From positions 3,040,001 to 3,104,000 of the forward strand of contig OZ242011.1 in the NCBI GenBank assembly GCA_965204755.1: a stretch of DNA of 64,000 bases, in the 5' to 3' direction. The position numbers and the translations under genes are program-made. Of this stretch, positions 29,625 through 40,190 are shown in pieces (positions within the stretch are counted from its first letter, which is position 1; the number at the start of each line of letters is the position of its first letter). Source of the stretch: Candidatus Marinacidobacterium sp. Its GTDB lineage: Bacteria > Acidobacteriota > Vicinamibacteria > Marinacidobacterales > Marinacidobacteraceae. The notes beneath the pieces were generated by a model. It worked only from the letters and a program-made list of their open reading frames with translations. It did not search any database and had not been told where the DNA came from.

Positions 29625-30803
29625 CTACCGGCGTTTCTGCCATCTCCGCACCGCGTTGTTGTGTTCGCGGAGGGACCGCGAGAACTGGTGGGTGCCGTCG
29701 TTCCGGGAGACGAAGTAGAGGAAGTCCGTCTCCTCCGGGTCGAGCACGGCGTCGAGCGCCGCCGCGCCGAACGACGAGATCGGCCCCGGCGGAATCCCCC
29801 GCACCCGGTAGGTGTTGTAGGGCGATGCGATGTCCAGGTCGCGCACCCGGATGTTGTTGCCGTAGTCCCCGGCGCGGCGCATGGCGAAGAGCACCGTCGG
29901 GTCGGATTGCAGCGGCATCCCGATCCGCAGGCGGTTCCGGAACACCGACCCCACCCGCCGCCGCTCGCCGGCGCTCCCGGTCTCCTTCTCCACGATGGAG
30001 GCGAGCGCGGCGGCTTCGGCGATGGTGAGCCCGGCGGCCTCCGCCAGTTGCCGCCGTTCCTCGTTCCACAGCGCCCGGAACTGCCCCACCAGGATCCCGG
30101 CGATCACCTGCGGGGCGGCTTCCGGCGGGAGTTCGTAGGTGCTCGGGAACAGGTAGCCCTCGAGGGTCCCCGCCGCCGGGTCGAGGTCGCCGACCAGCCG
30201 CCGGGCCGCTTCCGGGTCGGCGAAGAAGGCCGCCAGCGCCTCCTCTTCGCCGGCGCCCTGCTCGGCAAGGCGGCGGGCGGTCTCTTCGAGGTCGAGCCCC
30301 TCCGGGATCGTCACCCGCCGGGTCGCGACGCGCCCCCCGGCCAGCCGCTCGATGACTTCCGTCGGGGTAACCGCGCCGGCGAACCGGTAGAGCCCCGCCT
30401 GCAGCCGGGCGCCGAGTTCCCGCTCGCGGACGCCGTAGAGGAAGACCTCCCGGTCGGCGATGACGCCGGAGGCCTCGAGGCGGGCGGCGATGGAGTCCGC
30501 CGTGGAGCCGCGCCCCACCCGGAAGAGGACGCTCTCGCGGTGGCCGCGATGGGGCGCCGCGAGCGCGCTCTCCATGCGCCGGGCGTGGACGGCCTGCCAG
30601 CCGAGCCCGGCGGCCGCCGCGCCGACCAGCGAGAGCCCGGCCACCGCCGCGAAGCGCCGGCCGCCCCATCGAGAAGGCTGTCGGGAACGCTGTTGGGAAC
30701 GCCGACGAGCGGCCCCGCCGCCTCCCGGTTCGTCGGTCGGTTCGCCGGCCGGTTCGTCGGTCGGTTCGTCGGTCGGCGGCGGGGTCTTTGGCGCCGACGC
30801 CAC
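29625..30803 (-). CDS. mltG: Endolytic murein transglycosylase
   Basis: VTIPEG, LEGYLFPSTY, LASIVEKET, VFRNRLRIGMPLQSDPTV, SPYNTY, GIPPGPI, FLYFVS. Confidence 0.95.
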   Translation of the reverse strand: MASAPKTPPPTDEPTDEPAGEPTDEPGGGGAARRRSQQRSRQPSRWGGRRFAAVAGLSLVGAAAAGLGWQAVHARRMESALAAPHRGHRESVLFRVGRGSTADSIAARLEASGVIADREVFLYGVRERELGARLQAGLYRFAGAVTPTEVIERLAGGRVATRRVTIPEGLDLEETARRLAEQGAGEEEALAAFFADPEAARRLVGDLDPAAGTLEGYLFPSTYELPPEAAPQVIAGILVGQFRALWNEERRQLAEAAGLTIAEAAALASIVEKETGSAGERRRVGSVFRNRLRIGMPLQSDPTVLFAMRRAGDYGNNIRVRDLDIASPYNTYRVRGIPPGPISSFGAAALDAVLDPEETDFLYFVSRNDGTHQFSRSLREHNNAVRRWQKRR

Positions 30804-30807
30804 GCCG

Positions 30808-32160
30808 CTACCGGATCGCTGCTTCGACCGTCGGCGCCCCGGCGCGCTGGCGGCGCGCCGCCCGGAGCGCGAAGTCGAGTTCCGGGTCGTCCTCGTCGAG
30901 GTCGGAACCGCGGAGATCCAGGTCCTCCGGCGTCAGCGTGGGCGCGACCCCGGCGCCGAGGAGGTCGTCCCCCTCCGGGCCGAGCAGGTGCGAGGAGGAC
31001 ATCAGGATCGAGTCGCCGTCGGGCAGGGGAATGAGTTCCCCCCGGCCGGTGCGCCCCGCCGTGCGTCCGCCCACGACTTCGCCGTTCGGGAGCGGCCCGA
31101 CGGCGGCGGCCACGACTTCCCCCGGCCCGGCGGTGCTCGCGTTCACGAGCGCGGTGATCCTCAGCCCCGCGCCGACCGGCTCCCGGTCCGCCGTCAGGTC
31201 TTCCAGCACCCGCTCCCCCTCCTCGGCGCGTTCCGCCCGCCGGGCGACGACGCCCTCCCGGAACAGCGAGGCGGTGGCCACGCCGAGGAGCGGATCGGCG
31301 GCCGCCCGGTTCCCGGCCGGCCGGCTCCCGCGCAGGTCGAGCACCAGCGACTCCGCCCCCGACGCGCGGAGCGACTCCACCGCCGCCGCCACCTGCTCCG
31401 CCGTCTCCGGGGAGAACCGGCGGACGCGGACCAGCCCGACGCCCGGCTCGGGTTCGCTCGCCTCCACCGGCGGCGGGGCGATGCGGCGGCGCTCCAGGGT
31501 GAGGACGGTCGGCGCCGTTTCCGCCGCGCTCTTCCGCACCGCGAGTTCCACGGTGGTTCCGGGCGGGCCGGAGAGCAGCAGGCGGCCGATCGGCGTCCGC
31601 ACTTGCCGGGTGCCGCGACCGTCTATCGCGGCGATCGCGTCGCCGCGCTCGATCCCCGCTTCCGCCGCCGGGGAGCCCGGCAGCACATCGTCCACATGGA
31701 GGTAGTAGCGCTTCTCCAGCCCGATCCCGACCGCGCCCTCCGCGTCCGCGCGTTCGTGGAACAGCGCGGTTTCTTCGGGGTCGAGGTAGGCGCTGTCCGA
31801 GTCGAGCGCCTCGAAGATGCCCCGGACCGCTCCGTCCATCAGCGTTTCTTCCTCGACCGGCTCGAGGTAGTGGTCGCGGATCAGCGCCAGCGCGTTCGAG
31901 AAGACATCGAGCGTCTGGTAGGTGTCTTCCTGGATCGCGGCGGGACTGCCGCCGGCCCCGCGCGCGGCGGCGGCGAGCAGTTGCTCCGCGCCGGCCCGGC
32001 TCCAGTACCGCCCGGAGGCCCGGTCCACGCCGCGGTCCACGAGGACGGAGACCGCCGCGGCGGCGGCGAGGACGAGGAGCGCCTGCTTCAGCCGCCGGCG
32101 TCCGCCGCCGCCGGTCGAACCGGGCGGGCCGGGCGGGGGCGCGGCGCCGATCGTGTTCAC
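30808..32160 (-). CDS. S41 family C-terminal processing peptidase-like protein with PDZ domain (catalytic motifs degenerate)
   Basis: DGAVRGIFEALDSDSAY, PGSPAAEAGIERGD, LVLDLRG, LVNASTAGPGEVVA, GGRTAGR; start estimated. Confidence 0.8.
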   Translation of the reverse strand: MNTIGAAPPPGPPGSTGGGGRRRLKQALLVLAAAAAVSVLVDRGVDRASGRYWSRAGAEQLLAAAARGAGGSPAAIQEDTYQTLDVFSNALALIRDHYLEPVEEETLMDGAVRGIFEALDSDSAYLDPEETALFHERADAEGAVGIGLEKRYYLHVDDVLPGSPAAEAGIERGDAIAAIDGRGTRQVRTPIGRLLLSGPPGTTVELAVRKSAAETAPTVLTLERRRIAPPPVEASEPEPGVGLVRVRRFSPETAEQVAAAVESLRASGAESLVLDLRGSRPAGNRAAADPLLGVATASLFREGVVARRAERAEEGERVLEDLTADREPVGAGLRITALVNASTAGPGEVVAAAVGPLPNGEVVGGRTAGRTGRGELIPLPDGDSILMSSSHLLGPEGDDLLGAGVAPTLTPEDLDLRGSDLDEDDPELDFALRAARRQRAGAPTVEAAIR

Positions 32161-32240
32161 TTCGCGGTCGCCTTGCTCGATACGGGAGGGGGTGGCCGGG
32201 AGCGTCCGATGGCGCCCCCGGCCGAAGTCGCGGGAAACCG

Positions 32241-33860
32241 TCAGGAGCCCGAGACCGAGAACGGGATGACCTGGGAGACGGACTGGCCGGTGACCAGGTC
32301 GTTCACGGTGATTTCGGCGGTGTAGTCGCCGGGCTCGAAGTCTTCCCGGCGTCCGTCCGAGAACAGCCGGGCGAGCGGGATGTCCACGATGGCGATGGAG
32401 AGTTCGGCGGAAGCCAGGTTGAACGCGGTCGGGTTGTAGCGGAGGTAACGCGTCCCGTCCTTCTCGAAGGCGATCTGCCAATTCAAACTCGGCTCGCCGT
32501 CGCCGCCGACGCCGTAGCCGTAGGCGTTGAACACCACGCGGAACTCGCTGCCCGGCTCGTACACCGACGAAACGCGCGGCGTGAAGTGGAAGCCGCCGAC
32601 GAGGAGCGCGCGGCCCGGCACCGGGGAGAAGTCCTCGATCCGGGTTCCGTCGGAGAAACGCGCCATCGTGGACACCATGAGTTCCTCGCCGCCGAAGTCC
32701 GGGCTTTCGAGGTCCACATTCATCGTGCCCACCATGTCGGTGGAAGGGTCGCGCAGTCCCAGCCGCACCGTGTACATCCCCGGAGGCATCTGCATCGGGA
32801 GTTCCAGGATCGCGTCGCCGTCGTCGGCCGCCACGAGTTCCACTTCCTCCTCGGCCTGTCCGATCACGGTGCCGAGCGCGTCTTCGACGCTGTAGAACGC
32901 CTGCATGGTCTTGCCGGCCATCGCCTCCCCGCCGTCCACTTCGATCAGGACCGCGACATAGGTGTCCATCGTGTTCGAGCGGAAGAACGAGAAGTTCGGT
33001 TCGAGCGCGATGGCGTCGCTGGTTTCGCCGCCCTCGCGGAGCGCGTTCAGGATCTGCTTCGCCGGGCTGTTCGGGTCGAAGAGGTCCTCGAGTTCGCGCA
33101 GCCGACCCTCCTCGTCCACCGAGTAGTTGATGCTGGGCCAGGCGATCTGCCGCCGGCGGGCGCGATCGATCGCGGCCTCCAACTCGTCGTTCCGGACCAT
33201 CCGCATTCCCAGGTTCGTCGAGCGGAATTCGATGTCCAGCCCCTCCGGCAACCCGGCGTCCGGGTTCGGGACCCAGGTCATCTTCATGCCGCCGCCGCCG
33301 GGCCCGCCGAAGCCGCCCGCGCCGCCGCGGCCTCCGCCTCCGCCTCCGCCGCCGACGCCCGCGCCGGGGCCGCCTCCGCCCTCAGCGACCGGGTTGTTGC
33401 CGGTCGCGCCGGCCGGGGGGCCGCCGCCTCCGGGGCCGGCGCTTCTTCCGCCGGTGCGCTCCCGGTTGTCCGGCGGGCCGAACAGCAGCATCACCAGCGC
33501 CATGTCGGTCCGCGACCCCTTCTGCCCCCGGCGGCCGAACTGCTCGTCCGCCTGCTTGCGCCAGTTCTCGAAGCCGTCCTTCGCCTCGTTGTTCCGGTTG
33601 GTGGGGGTCGGGTCGCGCCGCGCCCAGAACAACTCCCGGAACAGGTCGCGGTCGCGCCGCTGGATCTCCATGAACTTCTGGCGCTCGTCGGCGGTCATGA
33701 TCGGCTCGACCTCTTCCAGCCAGCGCCGGTCGCCCCGGCTGAGGTCGTCCTGGGCGAGGGCCGGGGCCGCTCCGGCGAGCAGCGCGAGGGCCGCCAGGGA
33801 CGGGATCCACCGTCCTCCGGAGATGGGGGCGAAGGGCGTCTGGGGGGCGGGGGTGCTCAT
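32241..33860 (-). CDS. GWxTD-domain protein
   Basis: WLEEVEPIMT, FRELFWARRDPTP, GSRTDMALVMLLFGPPD; GGAGG RBS before ATG 33860. Confidence 0.8.
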   Translation of the reverse strand: MSTPAPQTPFAPISGGRWIPSLAALALLAGAAPALAQDDLSRGDRRWLEEVEPIMTADERQKFMEIQRRDRDLFRELFWARRDPTPTNRNNEAKDGFENWRKQADEQFGRRGQKGSRTDMALVMLLFGPPDNRERTGGRSAGPGGGGPPAGATGNNPVAEGGGGPGAGVGGGGGGGGRGGAGGFGGPGGGGMKMTWVPNPDAGLPEGLDIEFRSTNLGMRMVRNDELEAAIDRARRRQIAWPSINYSVDEEGRLRELEDLFDPNSPAKQILNALREGGETSDAIALEPNFSFFRSNTMDTYVAVLIEVDGGEAMAGKTMQAFYSVEDALGTVIGQAEEEVELVAADDGDAILELPMQMPPGMYTVRLGLRDPSTDMVGTMNVDLESPDFGGEELMVSTMARFSDGTRIEDFSPVPGRALLVGGFHFTPRVSSVYEPGSEFRVVFNAYGYGVGGDGEPSLNWQIAFEKDGTRYLRYNPTAFNLASAELSIAIVDIPLARLFSDGRREDFEPGDYTAEITVNDLVTGQSVSQVIPFSVSGS

Positions 33861-34191
33861 GGGTTCCTCCGGAGGAGCGGTGTCCTGCGGCGTGTTCGCA
33901 TCGGTGCGGAAGGGGGTCGGCGGGCGGCGGACGCCGGCGTCCGGGCCCGCCGCCTCCGGGGCCCGGGCCGGCCGGGTCGGGGCGCCGGGGGCAACGGTTT
34001 CCCCCGGAGCGGAACGGGAAAGAATACGCCCGCGGGAACCGCCCCGCAAATCGGCAGGAACTTCCCGCCCGGCCCCGCCGTAACTTCCCGAAAGTCCCCG
34101 CCGCGGCGCCCCGCGCGAGCGCCCGAAAAGGCGCCTCCGTACCCGCGCTATACTCGATTTCGACCCTCCCGTCCAGAGGCCGCCACCCTCG

Positions 34192-35421
34192 ATGAACCGC
34201 TCCCGAACGCTCCGCTCCGTCCTCCCGCCGCTCGCCGCCCTCGGGCTGCTCGCCGCCTCGGCCTGCGGGACCGCCGCCAAGCGGGCGTGGACGGTGGACG
34301 AGATCCGCGCCGACCTGAACCACCGGATCACCCCGGAGATGCTGGCGCGGGTGGAGATCCCGTTCGAGATCGACGACGAGATCCGGGAACTGGCGTACCG
34401 GGTCACCGAGAACCTGCGCACCGACAAGGAGAAGATGCGGGCCATCGTCCGCGCCATCCGCCAGCACACCGGCGGCTCGATCTCCTACGACTGGCTCTCG
34501 AACAAGACCGCGAAGAGCGTCTTCCGGGAAGGGCGGGGGAACTGCCTCGCCTACACCAACCTGTTCGTCGGCATGTCGCGCGCGGTGGGCGTCGAAGCGG
34601 TCTATGTGGATGTGACCACGATCGAGAAAGTCACGAAGGAAGCGGAAGTCATCGTGAACAGCGGCCACATCACCGGCGGCATCAAGGACGGCCCGGACCT
34701 CATCTTCGTGGACTTCACCGCGAACCCCGAGCGCGAATACGGCGGCGCGAAGATCATCGACGACTTCGAAGCCATCGCCAACTTCTACAACAACCAGGGA
34801 TTCCTCTACGGCTACTTTGCCGAAGCGCTCCAGGACCAGGGCGGTTTCGACCCGCTCTCCCGCGAGATCGAGATGTACGAGTTGGCGCTTTCGGTGCGGC
34901 CGGCGTTCAACCGGGCGCGGAACAACCTCGGCGTGGCGTTCAAGCGGCGCGGCCGGGTGGAGGACGCCATCGAGCAATACCGCCTGGCGCTGGACATCGA
35001 CCCCGACTTCACCGAGGCGCGGTCGAACCTGGGGAGCGCCTACTACTCGCAGGGCGCCACCGACCGGGCGATGACCGAGTTCCGCCTCGCCGCGAGGAAC
35101 GACGACGGCAACGCCTATGTCCACTACCACCTCGGCGTCCTGCACTACCACCGGGGCGAATACGACCGGGCGGCGGGTTCCTTCCGCCGGGCGCTCTCGC
35201 GCGACCGCAAACTGGTGGACGCGCGGTTCTTCCTCGGCGAGACCCTGCTGAAACTCGGCGAGGAAGCCCAGGCGATGCGCGAGTACGAACGCGCCATCGA
35301 AATCGATCCCAACTACATCTCGGCGCGCGCGAAGTTGGACCTCCTGCGGGATTCGCAGAGCCGGAAGGTCTCCGAAGATTCCGGAGACGGCCCCGCCCCG
35401 GAGGGCGCGACTTCCCGCTGA
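34192..35421 (+). CDS. Lipoprotein with transglutaminase-like domain and TPR repeats
   Basis: Lipobox ASAC, GRGNCLAYTNLF (Cys), SGHI, VDF; C-terminal TPRs (ARNNLG, ARSNLG). Confidence 0.8.
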   Translation: MNRSRTLRSVLPPLAALGLLAASACGTAAKRAWTVDEIRADLNHRITPEMLARVEIPFEIDDEIRELAYRVTENLRTDKEKMRAIVRAIRQHTGGSISYDWLSNKTAKSVFREGRGNCLAYTNLFVGMSRAVGVEAVYVDVTTIEKVTKEAEVIVNSGHITGGIKDGPDLIFVDFTANPEREYGGAKIIDDFEAIANFYNNQGFLYGYFAEALQDQGGFDPLSREIEMYELALSVRPAFNRARNNLGVAFKRRGRVEDAIEQYRLALDIDPDFTEARSNLGSAYYSQGATDRAMTEFRLAARNDDGNAYVHYHLGVLHYHRGEYDRAAGSFRRALSRDRKLVDARFFLGETLLKLGEEAQAMREYERAIEIDPNYISARAKLDLLRDSQSRKVSEDSGDGPAPEGATSR

Positions 35422-35492
35422 CTCTCCCGCCCGGGCGGCCCGCCCGCCCGACCGCGTAGCCGCGCGGAAACGAGGGCTTCGGGGCGAACGCC

Positions 35493-37397
35493 TTGCGCGT
35501 CCAGGGGAACACCTCCGGGCTGAAGACGCGCGAGCGCCGGGCGCTCGACCGCCTGGCCGACCGGCGGCTCCCGCCGGCGGCGCTGGTCACCCGCGAGTTC
35601 GCCCGGCAGATCGCCGCGGTCTCCCGCGCCGTCCGGCGGCAGGTCGGCGTGCTGGTGGACCGGCGCGGCGCGGTCACCTGGGTCGGGGTCGGCGACGCCC
35701 ACGGGATCGAACTCCCCGACCTGAAGCGGCAGCGCGTGGCCGGCGTCCGGCTCCGGGGCCTGCGCTGCCTCCACACCCACCTCGCCGGCGAAGGCCTGAC
35801 CCGCGACGACCTCACGGACCTGGTGCTCCTCCGGCTCGACCTGATGGCGGCGCTGACCGTGGGGGAGGACGGCCTCCCCGGCGTCCTCCACGCCGCCCAC
35901 CTGCGGGTTCCCGGCGGCGCCGGGGAAGACGCGGAGGGCGTCGAACCTTGGGAGCGGCTGCCGCCGACGCTCCCGGGCCGGCTCGACCCGCTGCTCGACC
36001 TGGACTGCCTGGAGATCGCCTCGGAGATCGAGCGCGGTTTCGCCCGCCTCCTGCCCGAACGGCCTTCGCGCCGGTTCGCCGGGCGGGCGGTGCTGGTCGG
36101 GGCGGTCGAGGGCGCGGTTCCGCTGCCGGAAGCGATGGACGAACTCGCCGAACTGGCGGCGGACGCCGGGCTCGAAGTCGCCGACCGGGTCATCCAGCGC
36201 CGCTCCCGGCCCGACCCGCGGACGCTGCTCGGGCGGGGGAAGTTGGAGGCGCTGGTGATCCGGGCGCTCGACCGGGGGGCGGACGCGCTCCTCTTCTCCT
36301 CGGACCTCTCCCCCTCGCAGGCGCGGAACATCTCCGCCGCCACCGACCTGAAGGTGCTCGACCGGACGCAACTCATCCTCGATGTCTTCTCCCGGCGGGC
36401 GCGGAGCCGGGAAGGCCGGCTGCAGGTGGAACTCGCGCAGTTGCGGTACCGGCTGCCGCGGCTGACCCGGCAGGACACTTCGCTCTCGCGGCTCGGGGGC
36501 GGCATCGGCGGGCGCGGGCCGGGGGAGACCCGGCTGGAGGTGGACCGGCGGCGGACGCGCGACCGGATCGCCCGGCTGGAGCGCGACCTGCGCGGCGTCG
36601 CCGGGGTCCGGGAACTGCGGCGCAAGCGGCGCGGCGCGCGGGGGCTGCCGGTCGTCTCGCTGGTGGGCTACACCAACGCCGGCAAGTCCACGCTGCTCAA
36701 CCGGCTGACCCGCAGCGAAGTCGCCGCCGGCGACCGGATGTTCGAGACGCTGGAACCGGCCAGCCGCCGGCTGAGGGTCCCGGTGGAGCGCGAAGTGCTG
36801 CTCGCGGACACCGTGGGCTTCATCCACGACCTGCCGGAGTCGCTGATCGAGGCCTTCCGGGCGACCCTCGAAGAGATCTCCGCCGCCTCGCTGCTGCTCC
36901 ATGTGGTGGACGCGGGCAGCGAGCGGCTGGAAACCCGGATGCGCGCGGTGGACGGCCTGCTCGCGGAACTCGGCTACGCCGGGATCCCGCGCCTGGTGCT
37001 GCTGAACAAGGTGGACCTGCTGTCGCCCGGCGATCTCGCCGCGCTGGAGCGGCGGCTGGCCGCGGCGGAACCGGGTGTCCGCTCCGCGGCGGGCGAGTCC
37101 GCCCCGGAGGCGATCGGGATCTCCGCCGCCACCGGCGCGGGGCTCGACGAGGTCGTTCGCGCGGTCGCCCGGCTGATTCCCCGGGCCGCGTCGGCGCGGC
37201 GGCACGCGCCGGCGGCCTTCGCCCCCGCCGCGCCGGGCGCTCCCGCCGCGCCGGGTGTCGCGGTCGCGCCGGGTGTCGCGGTCGCGCCGGATGTCGCGGT
37301 CGCGCCGGACGCCCCTGCTGCGCCGGATGCTCCCGTCGCGCCGGACGCTCCCGCCGTGCCGGCTGTCGCGCTCGCCGCGCGCGCCGCTTCCGGCTGA
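35493..37397 (+). CDS. hflX: GTPase HflX (N-terminally extended form)
   Basis: DRTQLILDVF, GGIGGRGPGETRLEVDRR, LVGYTNAGKSTL, DTVGFI, NKVD. Confidence 0.95.
   Translation: MRVQGNTSGLKTRERRALDRLADRRLPPAALVTREFARQIAAVSRAVRRQVGVLVDRRGAVTWVGVGDAHGIELPDLKRQRVAGVRLRGLRCLHTHLAGEGLTRDDLTDLVLLRLDLMAALTVGEDGLPGVLHAAHLRVPGGAGEDAEGVEPWERLPPTLPGRLDPLLDLDCLEIASEIERGFARLLPERPSRRFAGRAVLVGAVEGAVPLPEAMDELAELAADAGLEVADRVIQRRSRPDPRTLLGRGKLEALVIRALDRGADALLFSSDLSPSQARNISAATDLKVLDRTQLILDVFSRRARSREGRLQVELAQLRYRLPRLTRQDTSLSRLGGGIGGRGPGETRLEVDRRRTRDRIARLERDLRGVAGVRELRRKRRGARGLPVVSLVGYTNAGKSTLLNRLTRSEVAAGDRMFETLEPASRRLRVPVEREVLLADTVGFIHDLPESLIEAFRATLEEISAASLLLHVVDAGSERLETRMRAVDGLLAELGYAGIPRLVLLNKVDLLSPGDLAALERRLAAAEPGVRSAAGESAPEAIGISAATGAGLDEVVRAVARLIPRAASARRHAPAAFAPAAPGAPAAPGVAVAPGVAVAPDVAVAPDAPAAPDAPVAPDAPAVPAVALAARAASG
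37231..37365 (+). repeat. 18-bp in-frame tandem repeats (APGVAV/APDAPA) at the hflX C-terminus
   Basis: cgccgggtgtcgcggtcg variants repeated. Confidence 0.8.
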
Positions 37398-37426
37398 TCC
37401 GTCTCGGCCTCGGCGGCCGCCCCGAC

Positions 37427-38398
37427 TCAGAACTCCGGGACGCGGTCGTCGTCCGCGGCTTCGGCGGCTTCCTCCAGGAGCAGCAGCAGGCTCTCGTACC
37501 GCTCCTCGGGGACCGTCCCGTCCTCCACGGCGGCCTTCACCGCGCAGTCGGGCTCCCGGTCGTGCGAGCAGCCGGCGAACCGGCACCCCTCGGCCAGCCC
37601 GGCGAGGTCCGGGTAGGCGGCCAGCACCCGCTCCGGGGTGAGCCCGTCGAGTCCCAGCGCCCGCACGCCCGGCGTGTCCACGATCTCGCCGCCGCCGGGG
37701 ACTTCCAGGATCTCCGCCGCGGTAGTGGTGTGGCGGCCCCGGTTCCTCCGGTCGAGCCCGCCCCGCCGCCGCTCCGCCACGCCGAGCGCGGACAGGAGTT
37801 CCGTCTTGCCGACGCCGGAATGGCCGAAGAGCAGGGAGCGCTTCCCCGCGAGACCCTCCCGCAGGGGTTCGACCGCCTCCCCGGTGAGCGCGCTCACCGG
37901 ATAGATCGGGAGTTCGAGGCGCCGGTACTGCGCCAGGTCGTCGGCGAGGCCCCCGAGGTCGGGGGCGTCCGCCAGGTCCGCCTTGTTGAAGACCAGCGCC
38001 GGAGCGATCCCCGCGTCGTACGCGAGCGCCAGCGCCCGGTCGAGCAGGCCGGTGCGGTACGGGGGCTCCCGGAACGCGGAGACGATGAGGAACCGGTCGA
38101 GGTTCGCGGCCACCGTCCGCATCTCCCGGCGCTCCGCCGGCCCGGTGGCCCGCTTCAACTCGTTCCGCCGGGGGAGGACCGCGGTGATCCGCCCGCCGCC
38201 GTCCGCCGCCTCCACTTCCACTTCGTCGCCCACCGCCACCGCCTGCGCGTCCGTCCGGCGGCGGGAACCGTCGAACAGCCGGCCCCCGAGCGCGACCCGA
38301 ACCGCCCCGCCGGAGACTTCGCCGCCGGAGGAAATCCGCACCAGCGCCGCCTTCCGGGTGAGCCGGACCACGACGCCCCTCGCGGTCTCGCCGGCCAT
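37427..38398 (-). CDS. rsgA: Small ribosomal subunit biogenesis GTPase
   Basis: AVGDEV, NKADL, GHSGVGKT, GRHTTT, DTPG, CRFAGCSHDREPDCAV. Confidence 0.95.
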   Translation of the reverse strand: MAGETARGVVVRLTRKAALVRISSGGEVSGGAVRVALGGRLFDGSRRRTDAQAVAVGDEVEVEAADGGGRITAVLPRRNELKRATGPAERREMRTVAANLDRFLIVSAFREPPYRTGLLDRALALAYDAGIAPALVFNKADLADAPDLGGLADDLAQYRRLELPIYPVSALTGEAVEPLREGLAGKRSLLFGHSGVGKTELLSALGVAERRRGGLDRRNRGRHTTTAAEILEVPGGGEIVDTPGVRALGLDGLTPERVLAAYPDLAGLAEGCRFAGCSHDREPDCAVKAAVEDGTVPEERYESLLLLLEEAAEAADDDRVPEF

Positions 38399-38456
38399 GC
38401 CCCGATGCTATCCGTCCGCCGGTCGAATCGGCGGTTTCTGCTAACTTAGGAAGGTT

Positions 38457-39086
38457 GTGAACCGGCCCCCATCGGCGAGAGGAATGGCGACGCGGACGGC
38501 GAAGCGCGTTTCGGCCGTCGTCTTCGTTGCGGCAATGGGCGCCGGCGTGTTCGCCACGGGCGCGGTCGAGGCCTCGACGGTGCGTTACCTGGCGCTCGAC
38601 GAGATGGCGCGGGAAGCCCACTCGGTCTTCACCGGCGAAGTCGTCGGCGTGAAGAGCCAGTGGAACGCGAGAAGGAGCCGCATCCATACCTTCGTCACCG
38701 TTCGCGTGAGCCGTTTCCTGAAGGGCGGCCGCGGCGGCCGGTTGGTGACGCTGCGGGTGCTCGGCGGCGAGGCGGAGGGCTACCGCCTGCTGGTCTCCGG
38801 CGCGCCTTCGTTCCGCCTCCGGGAGCGCGTCCTCGTGTTCTCCGAAGGCGGCGCCGGGCGCGTGCCCACCGTGCTCGGGCTCGCCGCCGGCAAATTCACG
38901 ATCCGCGAGGATCCGGAGACCGGCGAGGAGACGCTCCACCGCTCGCTCAAGGGCCTGACCCTGCGCGGCGCCGAGGGCGTCCTCCGGAGTTCCGTGGCCT
39001 TTCCCCGGGAGCGGCTGTCGCTTCCCGAGTTGGAGCGCGCGGTCGAGTCCGCCCTCTCCCCCCGACCGCGGGGGAGATCCGGATGA
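38457..39086 (+). CDS. Hypothetical exported protein (propeptide-like)
   Basis: Signal peptide, LDEMAREAHSVFTGEV, LGGE...VSGAPSF...ERVLVF; coupled to the downstream protease. Confidence 0.65.
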   Translation: MNRPPSARGMATRTAKRVSAVVFVAAMGAGVFATGAVEASTVRYLALDEMAREAHSVFTGEVVGVKSQWNARRSRIHTFVTVRVSRFLKGGRGGRLVTLRVLGGEAEGYRLLVSGAPSFRLRERVLVFSEGGAGRVPTVLGLAAGKFTIREDPETGEETLHRSLKGLTLRGAEGVLRSSVAFPRERLSLPELERAVESALSPRPRGRSG

Positions 39087-40117
39087 CCGCCGGGGCGCGC
39101 CGCCGTTCCCGCGGGCCGGCCGGGGCGCCCGCCGTCCTCGCGCTGTCGCTCGGCCTGGCGTTCCCCTTCGGGGTTCCGGCGCCGGCGCCGGCGTACCAGT
39201 TCCTTCCCGACGAGGCGTTCCGGTGGCCGGAGGAGTTGCGGCCGGTGCCGTTCTGGGTGGCGAACCGCGGGGACAACCAGATGACCGTGTTCAAGGTCGT
39301 CACCGAAACCCGCGCCGCCTTCGCCGCCTGGGAGCGACCGGACGAAGTCGGGATCGAGTTCCTTTACCGCGGCCTCACGAATCTGGAGCCGTTCGAGTTC
39401 CTCGACGACACGAACACCGTCGGGTACACGCCCACTTCGCGGATGGTGGAACTCGGTCTCTCCCGCACCGCGCTCGCCGTAACCGGTTGGCTCACCCAGG
39501 TGGAGACCGGGGAGATCGCCGAGTCGGACATCGCGGTGAACCCCGGCTACAGTTGGAACGACAACCCGGTTCGCGGCGGTTGGGACTTCCGCTCGATGAT
39601 GGTGCACGAGGTCGGGCACTTCCTCGGGCTGGGCCACTCGAATGTGGGGCGCGCCGCGGACGGCGAACTGCTGACCGGTTCGGCGATCATGTGGCCCTTC
39701 AGTTTCGGCGAGGGCAAGACCACCGGCCGGACGCTCACCGCCGACGACATCGCCGGCGCCTCGGTCCTCTACCCGGGGCCGGCCGCCGAAGGGGCGCTGA
39801 TCCGCGGGCGCGTGCTCCGGCCCTCCGGGCTCGGCGTCTCCTTCGCGCATGTGACGGCGTTCGAGCCGGTGCGGAACCACCTGGTGGGCGCTTGGGCGGA
39901 CATCGGCGGGAACTTCGAAATCCGCGGCATTCCGCCCGGTCGGTACCTGTTGCGGGTGAACCCGCTGCCGGAGGAGCACTCCGCCGCCGACTACTTCCTC
40001 CGGGAGTCGGAGGTGGAGACCGACTTCCGGGTGACGATCCTGCCCCGGCTGGTCGCGGTCCCGGCGGACGGCGCGGTCGAGGCCGACATCGAGGTGCTCC
40101 GGGAAGCCCCCCGGTGA
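39083..40117 (+). CDS. Matrixin/M10-like zinc metalloprotease with carboxypeptidase-regulatory-like domain
   Basis: HEVGHFLGLGHS, Met-turn SAIMWP, LTADDIAG. Confidence 0.88.
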   Translation: MTAGARRRSRGPAGAPAVLALSLGLAFPFGVPAPAPAYQFLPDEAFRWPEELRPVPFWVANRGDNQMTVFKVVTETRAAFAAWERPDEVGIEFLYRGLTNLEPFEFLDDTNTVGYTPTSRMVELGLSRTALAVTGWLTQVETGEIAESDIAVNPGYSWNDNPVRGGWDFRSMMVHEVGHFLGLGHSNVGRAADGELLTGSAIMWPFSFGEGKTTGRTLTADDIAGASVLYPGPAAEGALIRGRVLRPSGLGVSFAHVTAFEPVRNHLVGAWADIGGNFEIRGIPPGRYLLRVNPLPEEHSAADYFLRESEVETDFRVTILPRLVAVPADGAVEADIEVLREAPR

Positions 40118-40190
40118 CGCCGCTCCGACAGACCGCCCGCCTCCCGGCCGCCGCTTCCTGAACCGCGGGTTCCCGGCGATTCCGCAGCGC

